Positions 1-8,826 of a stretch of 22,751 bases of DNA are shown in pieces. The stretch comes from Candidatus Thorarchaeota archaeon. Its GTDB lineage: Archaea > Asgardarchaeota > Thorarchaeia > Thorarchaeales > Thorarchaeaceae. The first letter of the stretch is position 1. Each line of letters begins with the position of its first letter. Made by a program: the position numbers and the translations under genes. The notes beneath the pieces are model-generated. The model worked only from the letters and a program-made list of their open reading frames with translations, was not told the origin of the DNA and did no database searches. Location of the stretch: contig JAOUFI010000032.1 in assembly GCA_029858305.1 (NCBI GenBank), positions 1 to 22,751 of the forward strand, read 5' to 3'.

Positions 1-1646
1 TCGGTGAATCGGAATGGGCCAGCGTTCACGTTGGGCTCTGCTGGGTCGAATACTGGGTTCCAAGTGTTCCAGCCTGCATAACCAATACCGTCCACATTAT
101 TGAAGATGTGTTTGGGTATGATTGTGTCGTAGGCGAAGTTGGAGAAGTGCCAGTAGGACTCAGTGCTGAACTCGATGACGACTCTGTATGGTGTAGGCGC
201 ATATGCTGCAACCAGGTCACCAATATCAGTTCCAGCAGGGTTACCATAGACATAGCTCTCAAAGGCATATGTCATTGAGAAGGCAACGTCATCAGCTGTC
301 AGCTGTACACCATCGGACCATGTTGCGTTCTGGATGATATCGACTGTGAATCTGGTGTGACCGTCAGGAACATCCGAGTTGTCAGCATGGGTCTCAATAA
401 GCATACTCTCAGCAAGATCTGGGTAGGGGTTGAGGTCTGGACCAAAGCTGTACAGTGCAGGCCAGAGGTTCTCAAGGATCGCTGCGGAGTAGGCTGAGTT
501 TGTGACATAGATGTTGAAGCTGTCAGGTTCTTCACTGATAGCGACAGACAATGTACCACCAGTCGTACCATCAATTTCGTGAACTTTTCTCATGGTCCAA
601 GGACCAGTGATGTATCTACCAAGGTCAGCTACATGACCAGTGAACTTGTCGTTCCTGTATGCCTGGTTGTAGGTGTTCTCATAGACAACAAGTCGTGGAA
701 CGTTGTACAAGAGAATCTTCTGCATCTCAGCAGCAGCCTCAAAGACTTCCTCATAGGTTGTACCGTAGAGGAGTTGGGCTCTCCATGAGTCATAGGTCTC
801 GTTCCTGAAGTTGGTTGGATTCTGGTACGGTGTGTCAGCATACTCTGACCAATACTCATATGCGAGCCAGTCAACATCATTGCTGTAGTAGTTAAAGGCA
901 TAGAAGACCATATCGTACAAACCATGGCTGTCCAACCTCGAGATGTACTCGTTGAAGTCAGCTGCACGGGTACGAGCATTGATGTGGAGGTCTGTTAGAG
1001 CATCAACACCAATCTGTGCGGTACCACCTGCAATCTCCTGTGATGCTGATGAATACTCGATCTCGATGTCGAATGGTTGGCCACGGTATGTTCTGAAACC
1101 GTCACCACCGATTACGAAGTATCCTGTAGCATCAAGAAGGGCATTACCAATCGAGGACTGATCAGTGTAGTAGTGGTACGTGAACTCATCCTCGATACAC
1201 CAACCGTTAGGGTAGGGCACAAGGGAGTCTTGTTCCTGTGACCATCCATCCATGATCTCGGAGGTTACTCTTGTCTTGTCAAACGCATAAGCAAAGGCTC
1301 TTCTCAGAACACTCTCATTCAATGGCGCATCGCGACAGTTGATTGTGATGTGTCCATAGCCATTTCTTAATGCGCTGAAGATGGAAATATCTTCATCTGC
1401 ATCGAGGGTATCGTAATGCACCGGATCGAAGAAAGCGTTATCCATCTCAATTTCTCCGGCTTGCATTGCCAGCACCCTCTGATCCTGGTTCGATATCACC
1501 TTGTATACAATCTTGTCCACATATGGACCTTGATTCAGATCTGCAGGTATTGTCATTGCTGTTGAAACAGCTGGAGAGAATACCATGAAAAGAAACACTG
1601 AAACAAAGGTGATAGCTACCAGTCGTTTATTACGATCGGAAAGCAT
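1..1646 (-). CDS. Peptide/oligopeptide ABC transporter substrate-binding protein (family 5, OppA/DppA-like), circularly permuted; 3' end lies outside the window
   Basis: Not in the ORF track. Manual translation from ATG 1646 gives 548 open codons to the window edge: signal-like N-terminus MLSDRNKRLVAITFVSVFLFMVFSPAVSTA, then GPYVDKIVYKVI..RVLAMQAGEIEM, LRRAFAYAFDK, GGTLSVAISEEPDSFN, PDLAES, ATWSDGVQLTADDVAFS, NAGPFRF. AGGAG/GAGTGA upstream; strong C-ending codon bias. Confidence 0.93.
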   Translation of the reverse strand, partial: MLSDRNKRLVAITFVSVFLFMVFSPAVSTAMTIPADLNQGPYVDKIVYKVISNQDQRVLAMQAGEIEMDNAFFDPVHYDTLDADEDISIFSALRNGYGHITINCRDAPLNESVLRRAFAYAFDKTRVTSEIMDGWSQEQDSLVPYPNGWCIEDEFTYHYYTDQSSIGNALLDATGYFVIGGDGFRTYRGQPFDIEIEYSSASQEIAGGTAQIGVDALTDLHINARTRAADFNEYISRLDSHGLYDMVFYAFNYYSNDVDWLAYEYWSEYADTPYQNPTNFRNETYDSWRAQLLYGTTYEEVFEAAAEMQKILLYNVPRLVVYENTYNQAYRNDKFTGHVADLGRYITGPWTMRKVHEIDGTTGGTLSVAISEEPDSFNIYVTNSAYSAAILENLWPALYSFGPDLNPYPDLAESMLIETHADNSDVPDGHTRFTVDIIQNATWSDGVQLTADDVAFSMTYAFESYVYGNPAGTDIGDLVAAYAPTPYRVVIEFSTESYWHFSNFAYDTIIPKHIFNNVDGIGYAGWNTWNPVFDPAEPNVNAGPFRFT

Positions 1647-1895
1647 ATTTTCACTCTATCTCCTTTCCCTTCCGAGTCGAATTCGGATGAGACCGTCCCT
1701 CGAGCAGTCAATAAAAGCATTGAGTATTCAGTAAGCGTTTGTACGTCAGGGTATGGCGCAGCGATGGTCAAATAGTTAGCGAATAAAAAAATAGAACGTC
1801 GAAATAAATTGTATACTAATGCCAAGAGTAATTTTGAAGTCGCAAGAAAAACAAAGGATGGGTCGAAAAAAAGAACGACCCAAACCGTTTACCGA

Positions 1896-2969
1896 CTACC
1901 CGTACTTGATTCGGGGATCTAGCACTCCATATAATAGGTCTGCAACAAAGTTGGCTAAAATCGCCGTGATTGCGATAATCATGAAAATCGTCTGGATGAC
2001 CGGGTAGTCCATTAGTAATAGACTATCAAAAATGAACCGCCCAAGTCCTCGCCACGTGAACACCGTTTCAGTAAGCGTTGCCCCGTTGATGAGGAAGCCA
2101 AAGTTCAGCGCGATAATTGTGACCATCGGCAACATAGCATTTTTCAGACCGTGTTTGTAGAGTACTTGATTTTCATCTAGACCCTTTGCACGTGCTGTTA
2201 GAATATAATCCTCGGTCATGACGTCAATTAAATTATTGCGCATATAGAGGAAATATCCACCATAACCACCTACACCAAGGGTAATCATGGGTAGGAATAG
2301 ATGGTGAAGCACATCACCTGCGACCATCAGAGCGCCTAACGGATTTCCTCGTGCCACTTCCCAAACATCATAACTGATAGTACCAAATTGTGGAAATCCA
2401 ATTCGAATTCCCCACATCGCTTCAGTCCATTGAGGAAGCATAAAGCCGAAGATAAGCAAGAGCATCATCCCAAGCCAAAACACGGGCAAGGCATAAATGA
2501 ACAGAGCTACAGTGACAGCGCTAACATCCTTTCTTGATCCAGGGTCAGCAGCCACCTTCACACCAGTCCATATTCCAAGAAGAATGGATACCATTGAAGA
2601 CGTTCCCATCAGCAAGAGTGTGTTGGGAAGACGTTCAACGATTGAATCCATTACTGGTCGCTGGGTCAAGAACGAGACTCCGAAATTGCCTGTGAACATA
2701 CTGACAATGTATCGCCAGAACATATAGATCCAATCAAAAATATCTGGATTTGGTACAAGACCAAAGTTCACATACATCTGTTCTAGCAAGTCCTGCGTCA
2801 GATTGCGGCGAAGTTCGTCGCTGAGCATCAGGCTAACCGGACTAGCTCCAAACAAGAAAGTCGGGAGTCGGAATAGAAAGAAGTTGAAACAAACTACAGC
2901 TACTATAAGTAAGAACATGTAGATTGATCGTCGGATGACATATTCACGAAGTCCCATTACCAGACTCAC
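1896..2969 (-). CDS. dppB: Peptide ABC transporter permease (DppB/OppB family)
   Basis: GNFGVSF, RLPNTLLL, LPVFWLG, HLFLP, EAA-loop EDYILTARAKGL, ETVFTWRGLGR, DLLYGVLDPRI. GTG start at 2969 (alternative ATG 2957). Confidence 0.95.
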   Translation of the reverse strand: MSLVMGLREYVIRRSIYMFLLIVAVVCFNFFLFRLPTFLFGASPVSLMLSDELRRNLTQDLLEQMYVNFGLVPNPDIFDWIYMFWRYIVSMFTGNFGVSFLTQRPVMDSIVERLPNTLLLMGTSSMVSILLGIWTGVKVAADPGSRKDVSAVTVALFIYALPVFWLGMMLLLIFGFMLPQWTEAMWGIRIGFPQFGTISYDVWEVARGNPLGALMVAGDVLHHLFLPMITLGVGGYGGYFLYMRNNLIDVMTEDYILTARAKGLDENQVLYKHGLKNAMLPMVTIIALNFGFLINGATLTETVFTWRGLGRFIFDSLLLMDYPVIQTIFMIIAITAILANFVADLLYGVLDPRIKYG

Positions 2970-3071
2970 TCCAATTATATCGGTACATAGTGATACTAAG
3001 TACCATCACGTAATTTTGAAAATATCTTCCTAATAAGCGTAGTGCTCTCGGCTGACGCAAGGAAGGAACGG

Positions 3072-3112
3072 TAAAAAAGATAGAAGGATAGGAAGCAACA
3101 CCGCTTCCTATC
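3072..3112 (-). terminator. Hairpin plus U-tract downstream of dppC
   Basis: Perfect 10-bp inverted repeat GATAGGAAGC (3087-3096)/GCTTCCTATC (3103-3112), followed on the minus strand by CTTCTATCTTTTTTA; starts about 15 nt after the dppC stop. Confidence 0.6.
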
Positions 3113-3126
3113 TTAATATTGATTTC

Positions 3127-4698
3127 TTACCTTTCTCTCAGTCTTGGATTGAGCACTTGGTCTAATGTATGCCCCACAAATGTGAATGCAAGAGAGAGTA
3201 ACGTAATCATCAGACCTGGAAAGAGAACTACCCACCAGGCACCAGTACTGAATGCGCCACCTGTTCTAGCATCCGCAAGCATTCTGCCCCAGCTTGGATC
3301 TTCAGGATCAGTCAATCCTAGGAATGACAACCCAGCCTCTGATAGGATTGCTCCGACAACACCAAGAGTGATATTGGCAAACAATATTGGTGTTACATTG
3401 GGCAGGATATGGCGGAACATGATATAGGTGTCTGACGCACCGATTGCTCGTGCTGATTCGACATAAGCCTTGTTCTTCTCAGCCAAGACTTGAGACCGTA
3501 TCAGCCGCGATGTTCCAGTCCAACCTAATATAGCTATGACGATGATGATGTTTTGTATCGATGCTCCTAGAAAGGCTGCCAACACCATCATCAATGGCAA
3601 TCCTGGAATGACCAGTAGGAAGTCAACAACACGCATCAAAACTTCATCGACTTTACCGCCGAAATATCCTGCAACCATTCCGACAATAACGCCCACGGCT
3701 GTGGCTAGACTAGTCGCAAGAATACCGATGATTAAAGATATTCGACTGCCGTAGATAAGTTGTGAATATGCATCAGCACCCCAATTTGTGGAACCCATAA
3801 TACCAAAGTATTCTCCATAGGCTACCATCTTCAGGGTGGTGAATTTGAATGTCACAGTACCAGTATAATTCTGCCAAGGGTATCCGAACGTATCGCTATC
3901 AAACCAGCGATAAGGAGCTAGACCAATAACAATACGAACGTCATTTGAAGGATCCTGCTGCGTTCCGTTCACAACAATCATACCATCGAAGACGGACTTA
4001 AGGCTGAGATAGTTCATACTAATACGTTTCTCTTGAACTGCCTCAACGTAGGTTGCTTCTCGAGACTCGTAGACTTTGGTCCACTCATTAGATGAATCGA
4101 TGAGCCAGACATAGACCCTAAACATAAGATTATTGCCAACCGGACCGCCTGGAGCAAAGTCACCAGTCAATGTTGTTCCAAACGAAACTGACATGTTCAC
4201 ATCACTAGGTCGGTTGTTATAAGGCCAAGTGAAGTTTTGCTCAAAATAAACGAAATCGCCGTAGTCTGGTTTGATACCTTCAGGATCAATATCAAAGTCG
4301 AGTTGAGTCCCAGCAGTATGCGACCAGGTAAGATTCACATAACTTTGATTATTCGTATCACTTAACGGAACATGTATACCACTAAATTCGCCATGAGTTC
4401 CATTTGCTCGAATTAATGGTGTTTCCTCTAGATTGGGATCTGTGAGAACATCACCGGTGATAACGCCGTTAGGATCAAACACTGACAACCACGATGGCAT
4501 CAAGTATGTAGGTGCTACCTTTGCCTGTGGTGTTGGATCATGTGTGATTAACCCATCTGCGAATATTGCCATACCTACAAAAATCAAGATTAGAGCCAAT
4601 CCTACAAGCCCAATCTTATGTTTGCGGTACTCTTTCCAGAAACCAGTAATGCTAACATACCAATTACTATCTCTCCAACCCTTATGGGATCCGGACAA
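3127..4698 (-). CDS. dppC: Peptide ABC transporter permease (DppC/OppC family) with a large extracytoplasmic insertion
   Basis: OppC N-terminal pattern WKEYRKHKIGLVGL, GSTNWGADAYSQLIYGSRISL, GYFGGKVDEVLMR, YVESARAIGAS, EAGLSFLGL, SWGRML, LDQVLNPR. TTG start preceded by GGAGG. Confidence 0.95.
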   Translation of the reverse strand: MSGSHKGWRDSNWYVSITGFWKEYRKHKIGLVGLALILIFVGMAIFADGLITHDPTPQAKVAPTYLMPSWLSVFDPNGVITGDVLTDPNLEETPLIRANGTHGEFSGIHVPLSDTNNQSYVNLTWSHTAGTQLDFDIDPEGIKPDYGDFVYFEQNFTWPYNNRPSDVNMSVSFGTTLTGDFAPGGPVGNNLMFRVYVWLIDSSNEWTKVYESREATYVEAVQEKRISMNYLSLKSVFDGMIVVNGTQQDPSNDVRIVIGLAPYRWFDSDTFGYPWQNYTGTVTFKFTTLKMVAYGEYFGIMGSTNWGADAYSQLIYGSRISLIIGILATSLATAVGVIVGMVAGYFGGKVDEVLMRVVDFLLVIPGLPLMMVLAAFLGASIQNIIIVIAILGWTGTSRLIRSQVLAEKNKAYVESARAIGASDTYIMFRHILPNVTPILFANITLGVVGAILSEAGLSFLGLTDPEDPSWGRMLADARTGGAFSTGAWWVVLFPGLMITLLSLAFTFVGHTLDQVLNPRLRER

Positions 4699-4888
4699 AC
4701 GTCATCCTCCATTGGTAGGATTAATACACTCAAATGGATGAGATTTCTATTCATTTACTTGAGTGAATTAATCCTCTTTTATCACTTAAGTAGTGACGAC
4801 CCTGAAATTTCGCCTAAAAAAGGAATTGGTTCGGGTACCCAGTTATATTTTGGAAAAATACTGATACTTGCCTTGATTTCTGTAAGCT

Positions 4889-5212
4889 CTATTCTTCATC
4901 GTATGACTCTTCAAAGGGATCTTCAATAACAGGAGCGTCTATATCCTCTTCAGGAATCTTAAGATCCTCCTTCTGACGTTCTTTAATCATCTGCTGAGTT
5001 CTACGATGCGAGGCCCATAGATCCGCATAAACAGCTCCAACAAGGAATGTAGTAAGAGCTCCTGTCAATGCGATTATAGTTCCAAGAAATTGAAGAATGT
5101 AGACAAAAGTCATTGCCCAACCGCCGAACATTAAAATAATGGGGACTAGGAGAATACGTTTCTGAGGTTTATTGCGAGTCCTTGGAAAAGACCTGACTGC
5201 CATTCTCGACAT
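4889..5212 (-). CDS. Small membrane protein (2 predicted TM helices, acidic C-terminal tail), unknown function
   Basis: 107-aa ORF filling the gap between dppC and the divergent dppD promoter region; basic N-terminus, two hydrophobic segments, ends PFEESYDEE. Confidence 0.75.
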   Translation of the reverse strand: MSRMAVRSFPRTRNKPQKRILLVPIILMFGGWAMTFVYILQFLGTIIALTGALTTFLVGAVYADLWASHRRTQQMIKERQKEDLKIPEEDIDAPVIEDPFEESYDEE

Positions 5213-5342
5213 CTTTCGTCACAAACAATCAAATGAAGATGTGCCTTTTACCTTTTCTAATCAGGCGGCCCCATAAGCAGGTATTTGACCTATAACAGGA
5301 TTATAGCTTAGTTAACGAATATAATCTATCTTTCTTCTCTGC

Positions 5343-5400
5343 ATTATATAATCGAGACAACTTCAACGGACGAATGTCTTTGAAAGCAACATATTTAAGC
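5343..5400. promoter_or_regulatory. Candidate TATA elements of the divergent promoter region
   Basis: Perfect palindrome ATTATATAAT (5343-5352) and ATATTTAAG (5391-5399) between divergently oriented genes. Confidence 0.35.
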
Positions 5401-5483
5401 CGACCTCATGGCAGCGATATCCTAAGAAGGGCAGGGCCTATGCCATGCCCAGAGCCGCAATTGGCTCGATGGAGTGTACAATC

Positions 5484-6473
5484 ATGCCCTTGCTGGACAT
5501 TCGAAATCTTAGGATGTATTACCAAACACAGAAGGGTCTTGTAAAAGCAGTCGACAATGTCTCCCTGACGCTGGAGCCTGGTGAGTCTATTGGACTAGCA
5601 GGTGAATCAGGTTGTGGTAAGTCAAGTCTAGCATATTCAATTATGCAGCTACTTCCTCCTGCAGCGAATATAGTCGGTGGAAATGTGTACTTCAAGGGTG
5701 ACGACTTAATTCGCAAGACCGCGAAGGAAATGCGTGACATCCGTTGGAAGAATGTTGCTATCGTCTTCCAAGGCGCTATGAACGCGCTTAACCCCGTCTT
5801 TGAGATAGGAGAACAGATTGCTGAGGCTATCCTCATGCATGAGAATGTGACTGAGGAAGAGGCTCTAGACCGTTGCGCCAAGCTCTTCGAGATGGTAGGT
5901 CTGGATCCTGGTCGTATCCATAACTATCCTCACGAGTTTTCAGGAGGTATGCGACAGAGAGCTATGATTGCAATGGCTCTTGCGTGCAATCCGGACCTTG
6001 TTATTGCGGATGAGCCCACAACAGCCCTTGATGTCACAATCCAAGCGCAAATCCTCAAGCTGATGCAAAAGCTCCAGAAAGATCTTGGCTTATCACTCAT
6101 TTTGATCACACACGACCTGAGTGTTATTGCTGAGACCTGTGATAAGACTGCAATCATGTATGCAGGAAAAATTGTAGAGCTAGCTGATGTAGTATCAGTG
6201 TTTAAAGATCCAATTCATCCTTATGCTACTGGCCTAGTAGGTGCAATCCCAAGTATGGTGAAAGCAGAGAGGAAGAAACTTACCTCAATTCCTGGTTCTC
6301 CACCAGACTTGATTTCACCTCCGCCAGGTTGTAGATTCCATCCTCGATGCCCATATGCTCAAGATATATGTTCGAAGGAAGACCCACAACCACTTGAGAT
6401 AGAGCCAGATAGGTTTGTTTCCTGTCACTTTGCTGAGCAGCTTAGAGGCGAGATTGAAATAGACTTGGAGTGA
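5484..6473 (+). CDS. dppD: Peptide ABC transporter ATP-binding protein (DppD/OppD family)
   Basis: Walker A GESGCGKS, signature FSGGMRQR, Walker [20 protein letters not shown] motif and C-terminal [14 protein letters not shown] 5484 (MPLLDIRNL) has GGAGTG upstream and is preferred over the track start at 5445. Confidence 0.95.
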   Translation: MPLLDIRNLRMYYQTQKGLVKAVDNVSLTLEPGESIGLAGESGCGKSSLAYSIMQLLPPAANIVGGNVYFKGDDLIRKTAKEMRDIRWKNVAIVFQGAMNALNPVFEIGEQIAEAILMHENVTEEEALDRCAKLFEMVGLDPGRIHNYPHEFSGGMRQRAMIAMALACNPDLVIADEPTTALDVTIQAQILKLMQKLQKDLGLSLILITHDLSVIAETCDKTAIMYAGKIVELADVVSVFKDPIHPYATGLVGAIPSMVKAERKKLTSIPGSPPDLISPPPGCRFHPRCPYAQDICSKEDPQPLEIEPDRFVSCHFAEQLRGEIEIDLE

Positions 6474-6476
6474 TAG

Positions 6477-7538
6477 ATGATGACAATAGACGAATCAAGA
6501 GTTCTACAGGGTTCAGATGATATCAAAGATGGTGAAACTTTGATTGCTGTCAGAAACATGCGGAAATGGTTTGCAGTAAACACCGGTTTCCTTTCATCAA
6601 TGCTGTATAAACAGGAACTCTTTGTGAAGGCAGTAGATGGAGTTACATTTGATATCAAGAAGGGAGAAGTACTTGTACTTGCAGGGGAGTCAGGTTGTGG
6701 AAAAACAACAACTGGCAGATGTGTTCTTCACTTGGAAACTCCTACCGACGGAGATGTAATCTATGCAGGTCAGAACCTCGCAACCCTCGATAGGAATGAG
6801 ATTAAGGAACTCAGGAAACGAATGCAGATTACATTCCAAGACCCCTACGAATCTCTCAATCCGAAACAGAGCATCTTCAGTATTGTACAGGAACCACTCA
6901 TGGTCCATAAAATTCCTCTCTCTCCAAGCCAGAGGCGTCAGAGAGTCCTAGAAGCAATGGAGAGTGTTGCTCTCACACCAGCTGAAGATTACATTGATAG
7001 GTATCCTCATGAACTCTCAGGAGGACAGAGACAGAGAATATCAGTAGCAAGAGCACTTATTCTCCATCCCGAATTCATGGTGGCAGATGAGCCGGTTTCA
7101 ATGCTTGATGTGTCCATCCGTGCAGAGATTCTGAACCTACTCTTGAACCTACGTGAAGAACTTGGACTCACTTACTTGTTCATAACTCATGATCTAGCTG
7201 TTGCAACATATATTGCTGATAGGATTGCAATCATGTACCTTGGAAAAGTAATGGAGTTAGGTCCAGCCCATGATGTCGCTTTTACTCCACTACATCCATA
7301 TACTCGAGCATTGATATCAGCTGTGCCATCTGGAGACCCAACTGTCAAACGACGCACTGAATCATTGAAGGGAGAACCTCCGAGTCCTATCAATGTACCC
7401 TCAGGTTGTCGGTTCCATCCCAGATGTCCATATGCTCAGGAAATCTGTGTACGGGAAATTCCGGATGATAGAGACATGGGTGATGGACATATTGTGGCGT
7501 GCCACTTTGCTGGTGAATTGCCAGAAGTTCGTCTTTAA
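6477..7538 (+). CDS. dppF: Peptide ABC transporter ATP-binding protein (DppF/OppF family)
   Basis: [59 protein letters not shown]; starts 3 nt after the dppD stop. Confidence 0.95.
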   Translation: MMTIDESRVLQGSDDIKDGETLIAVRNMRKWFAVNTGFLSSMLYKQELFVKAVDGVTFDIKKGEVLVLAGESGCGKTTTGRCVLHLETPTDGDVIYAGQNLATLDRNEIKELRKRMQITFQDPYESLNPKQSIFSIVQEPLMVHKIPLSPSQRRQRVLEAMESVALTPAEDYIDRYPHELSGGQRQRISVARALILHPEFMVADEPVSMLDVSIRAEILNLLLNLREELGLTYLFITHDLAVATYIADRIAIMYLGKVMELGPAHDVAFTPLHPYTRALISAVPSGDPTVKRRTESLKGEPPSPINVPSGCRFHPRCPYAQEICVREIPDDRDMGDGHIVACHFAGELPEVRL

Positions 7539-7548
7539 AACGAGAATG

Positions 7549-7590
7549 ACGGGCGCTCCCCTTGAAGCGCCCGTGTTCACTTCCTTTTTC
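7549..7590 (+). terminator. GC-rich hairpin plus pyrimidine/U tract after dppF
   Basis: 9-bp inverted repeat ACGGGCGCT (7549-7557)/AGCGCCCGT (7566-7574) followed by GTTCACTTCCTTTTTC, 10 nt after the stop. Confidence 0.6.
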
Positions 7591-7615
7591 AGCCTTCGTT
7601 TGGTAGGGTGATATA

Positions 7616-8053
7616 ATGACTGAAACTAGCGATCGACGACGTATGTTAAGAGCGATTAGGAAGTGCTTAGTCGACGGAAAAGAGTATTTCCAAAAGGCAA
7701 TGGACACACTTGATGATATCGGGAGAGGTTCCATTGGAGTAGGAATGACTCCACTAGTGGGGGGTTATGCGATTAAAGATCCCAAGAGCAACTTCCGTAG
7801 TGCATTAATTGAAATTGACTCAGCAGAACGAGCCCTTGAGCCGCTTATAACACGATTCAAGGATGGACGAGTCAATGAGTCACATTTCAAATCAAGAGAT
7901 GCAATAGTCTTGTTGGGCGATCTTGCAGGAGTCGACTATAATATTATAGTAAGGAAGCTTGCAGAACAGACTGGTCGAGAATCTACTTGGTATAGACTGA
8001 AAGAACTCAGAGCGAAGATTGAAGACCTACTAAGACTAATAGCCGAGGATTAG
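7616..8053 (+). CDS. Hypothetical protein, predicted alpha-helical bundle
   Basis: 145-aa ORF with GGGTGA RBS-like motif upstream; amphipathic helical pattern; no recognised family motif. Confidence 0.8.
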   Translation: MTETSDRRRMLRAIRKCLVDGKEYFQKAMDTLDDIGRGSIGVGMTPLVGGYAIKDPKSNFRSALIEIDSAERALEPLITRFKDGRVNESHFKSRDAIVLLGDLAGVDYNIIVRKLAEQTGRESTWYRLKELRAKIEDLLRLIAED

Positions 8054-8145
8054 GTCAGAGCAGATTTCCATCAAACTAGGAAAGATAATAACGCTAAAGC
8101 AGAATTGTTGCTTGTCGAGGATAATTCTGAGAGTGGTGTGAGCCT

Positions 8146-8817
8146 ATGTTTAGCTCTCCTGACCCAATAGGTATAATCAAAGAACTTGAGCGTGCAGAAC
8201 ATGTTCTCGATGTTCTCCTGCGACAACTTACAAGCATCTACACTAATCTTGAGCCTTTGGAGAGAGATCTTAGAGTTGATGATTTTTCTTCGAGTGGTAT
8301 GTTTGTCCCAGGACTTGCAACTGGAATTGTTTGTGCCTTAACTGCAGATATCAAGGGAGACCCAATATACAAAGCTCTTGAATCAATCAAAGGCAGAGGC
8401 CTGAAATTACCAGCTATAATCAAGGGGGCAGATCGAACAGAGGCACCAGTAATATGTGATTCTATCATGAAGATAATCAGAGCGCAATTCAATCTCAAAA
8501 CGACTCGATTCATTGTTAATCTCAGATGGTCATCATTACCGTCTATAATTGATAATGATAACGTTATGATCTTAGGGACAAGATACTTCCATGGCGATAG
8601 GAAAGTAATCGAGGGATTCAAGAATAGACTCAAAGGATTAAATCTTGAAGTGCTTGAAGATAATGGCGAATTTGGAGGAGGATTACTAACATACAAACTG
8701 ACGAATTTTGCGAAGGAAATTGATAGTATAACAGTTCTAGAGCTGACTCTCTCTTCGGCCCTTTGCGAGAATATTACTAAGGTTGCAAAGATTTTCGAGG
8801 CTATTACAATTCCTTAG
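8146..8817 (+). CDS. Hypothetical protein resembling the N-formylglutamate amidohydrolase / Zn-exopeptidase fold, apparently lacking catalytic residues
   Basis: The C-terminal half (FIVNLRWSS..VMILGT..LEVLEDNGEFGGGLLT..ITVLELTLS) mirrors the FGase pattern (DxHS..dxxLGt..v..N.PF.GG.IT..QIEI). Its stop abuts the next gene. The CDS is well supported; the family call is tentative. Confidence 0.6.
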   Translation: MFSSPDPIGIIKELERAEHVLDVLLRQLTSIYTNLEPLERDLRVDDFSSSGMFVPGLATGIVCALTADIKGDPIYKALESIKGRGLKLPAIIKGADRTEAPVICDSIMKIIRAQFNLKTTRFIVNLRWSSLPSIIDNDNVMILGTRYFHGDRKVIEGFKNRLKGLNLEVLEDNGEFGGGLLTYKLTNFAKEIDSITVLELTLSSALCENITKVAKIFEAITIP

Positions 8818-8826
8818 GTGTTTATT

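Noticed and set aside
26-1161. Five short track ORFs in the first 1.2 kb
   Set aside because: They are off-frame or antisense shadows of the single long SBP reading frame (1646 to <1).
6328-6430. Cys cluster at the C-termini of DppD and DppF, and the similar sequence in both genes
   Set aside because: Standard oligopeptide-ATPase C-terminal (HPY/Cys) domain shared by paralogues; not a DNA repeat element.
7546-7580. ATGA-led hairpin after dppF as a eukaryote-like SECIS element
   Set aside because: The 3' arm lacks the GA needed for the core quartet, and no nearby gene shows an in-frame TGA needing recoding (the dppD TGA is followed immediately by TAG). A terminator explains it better.
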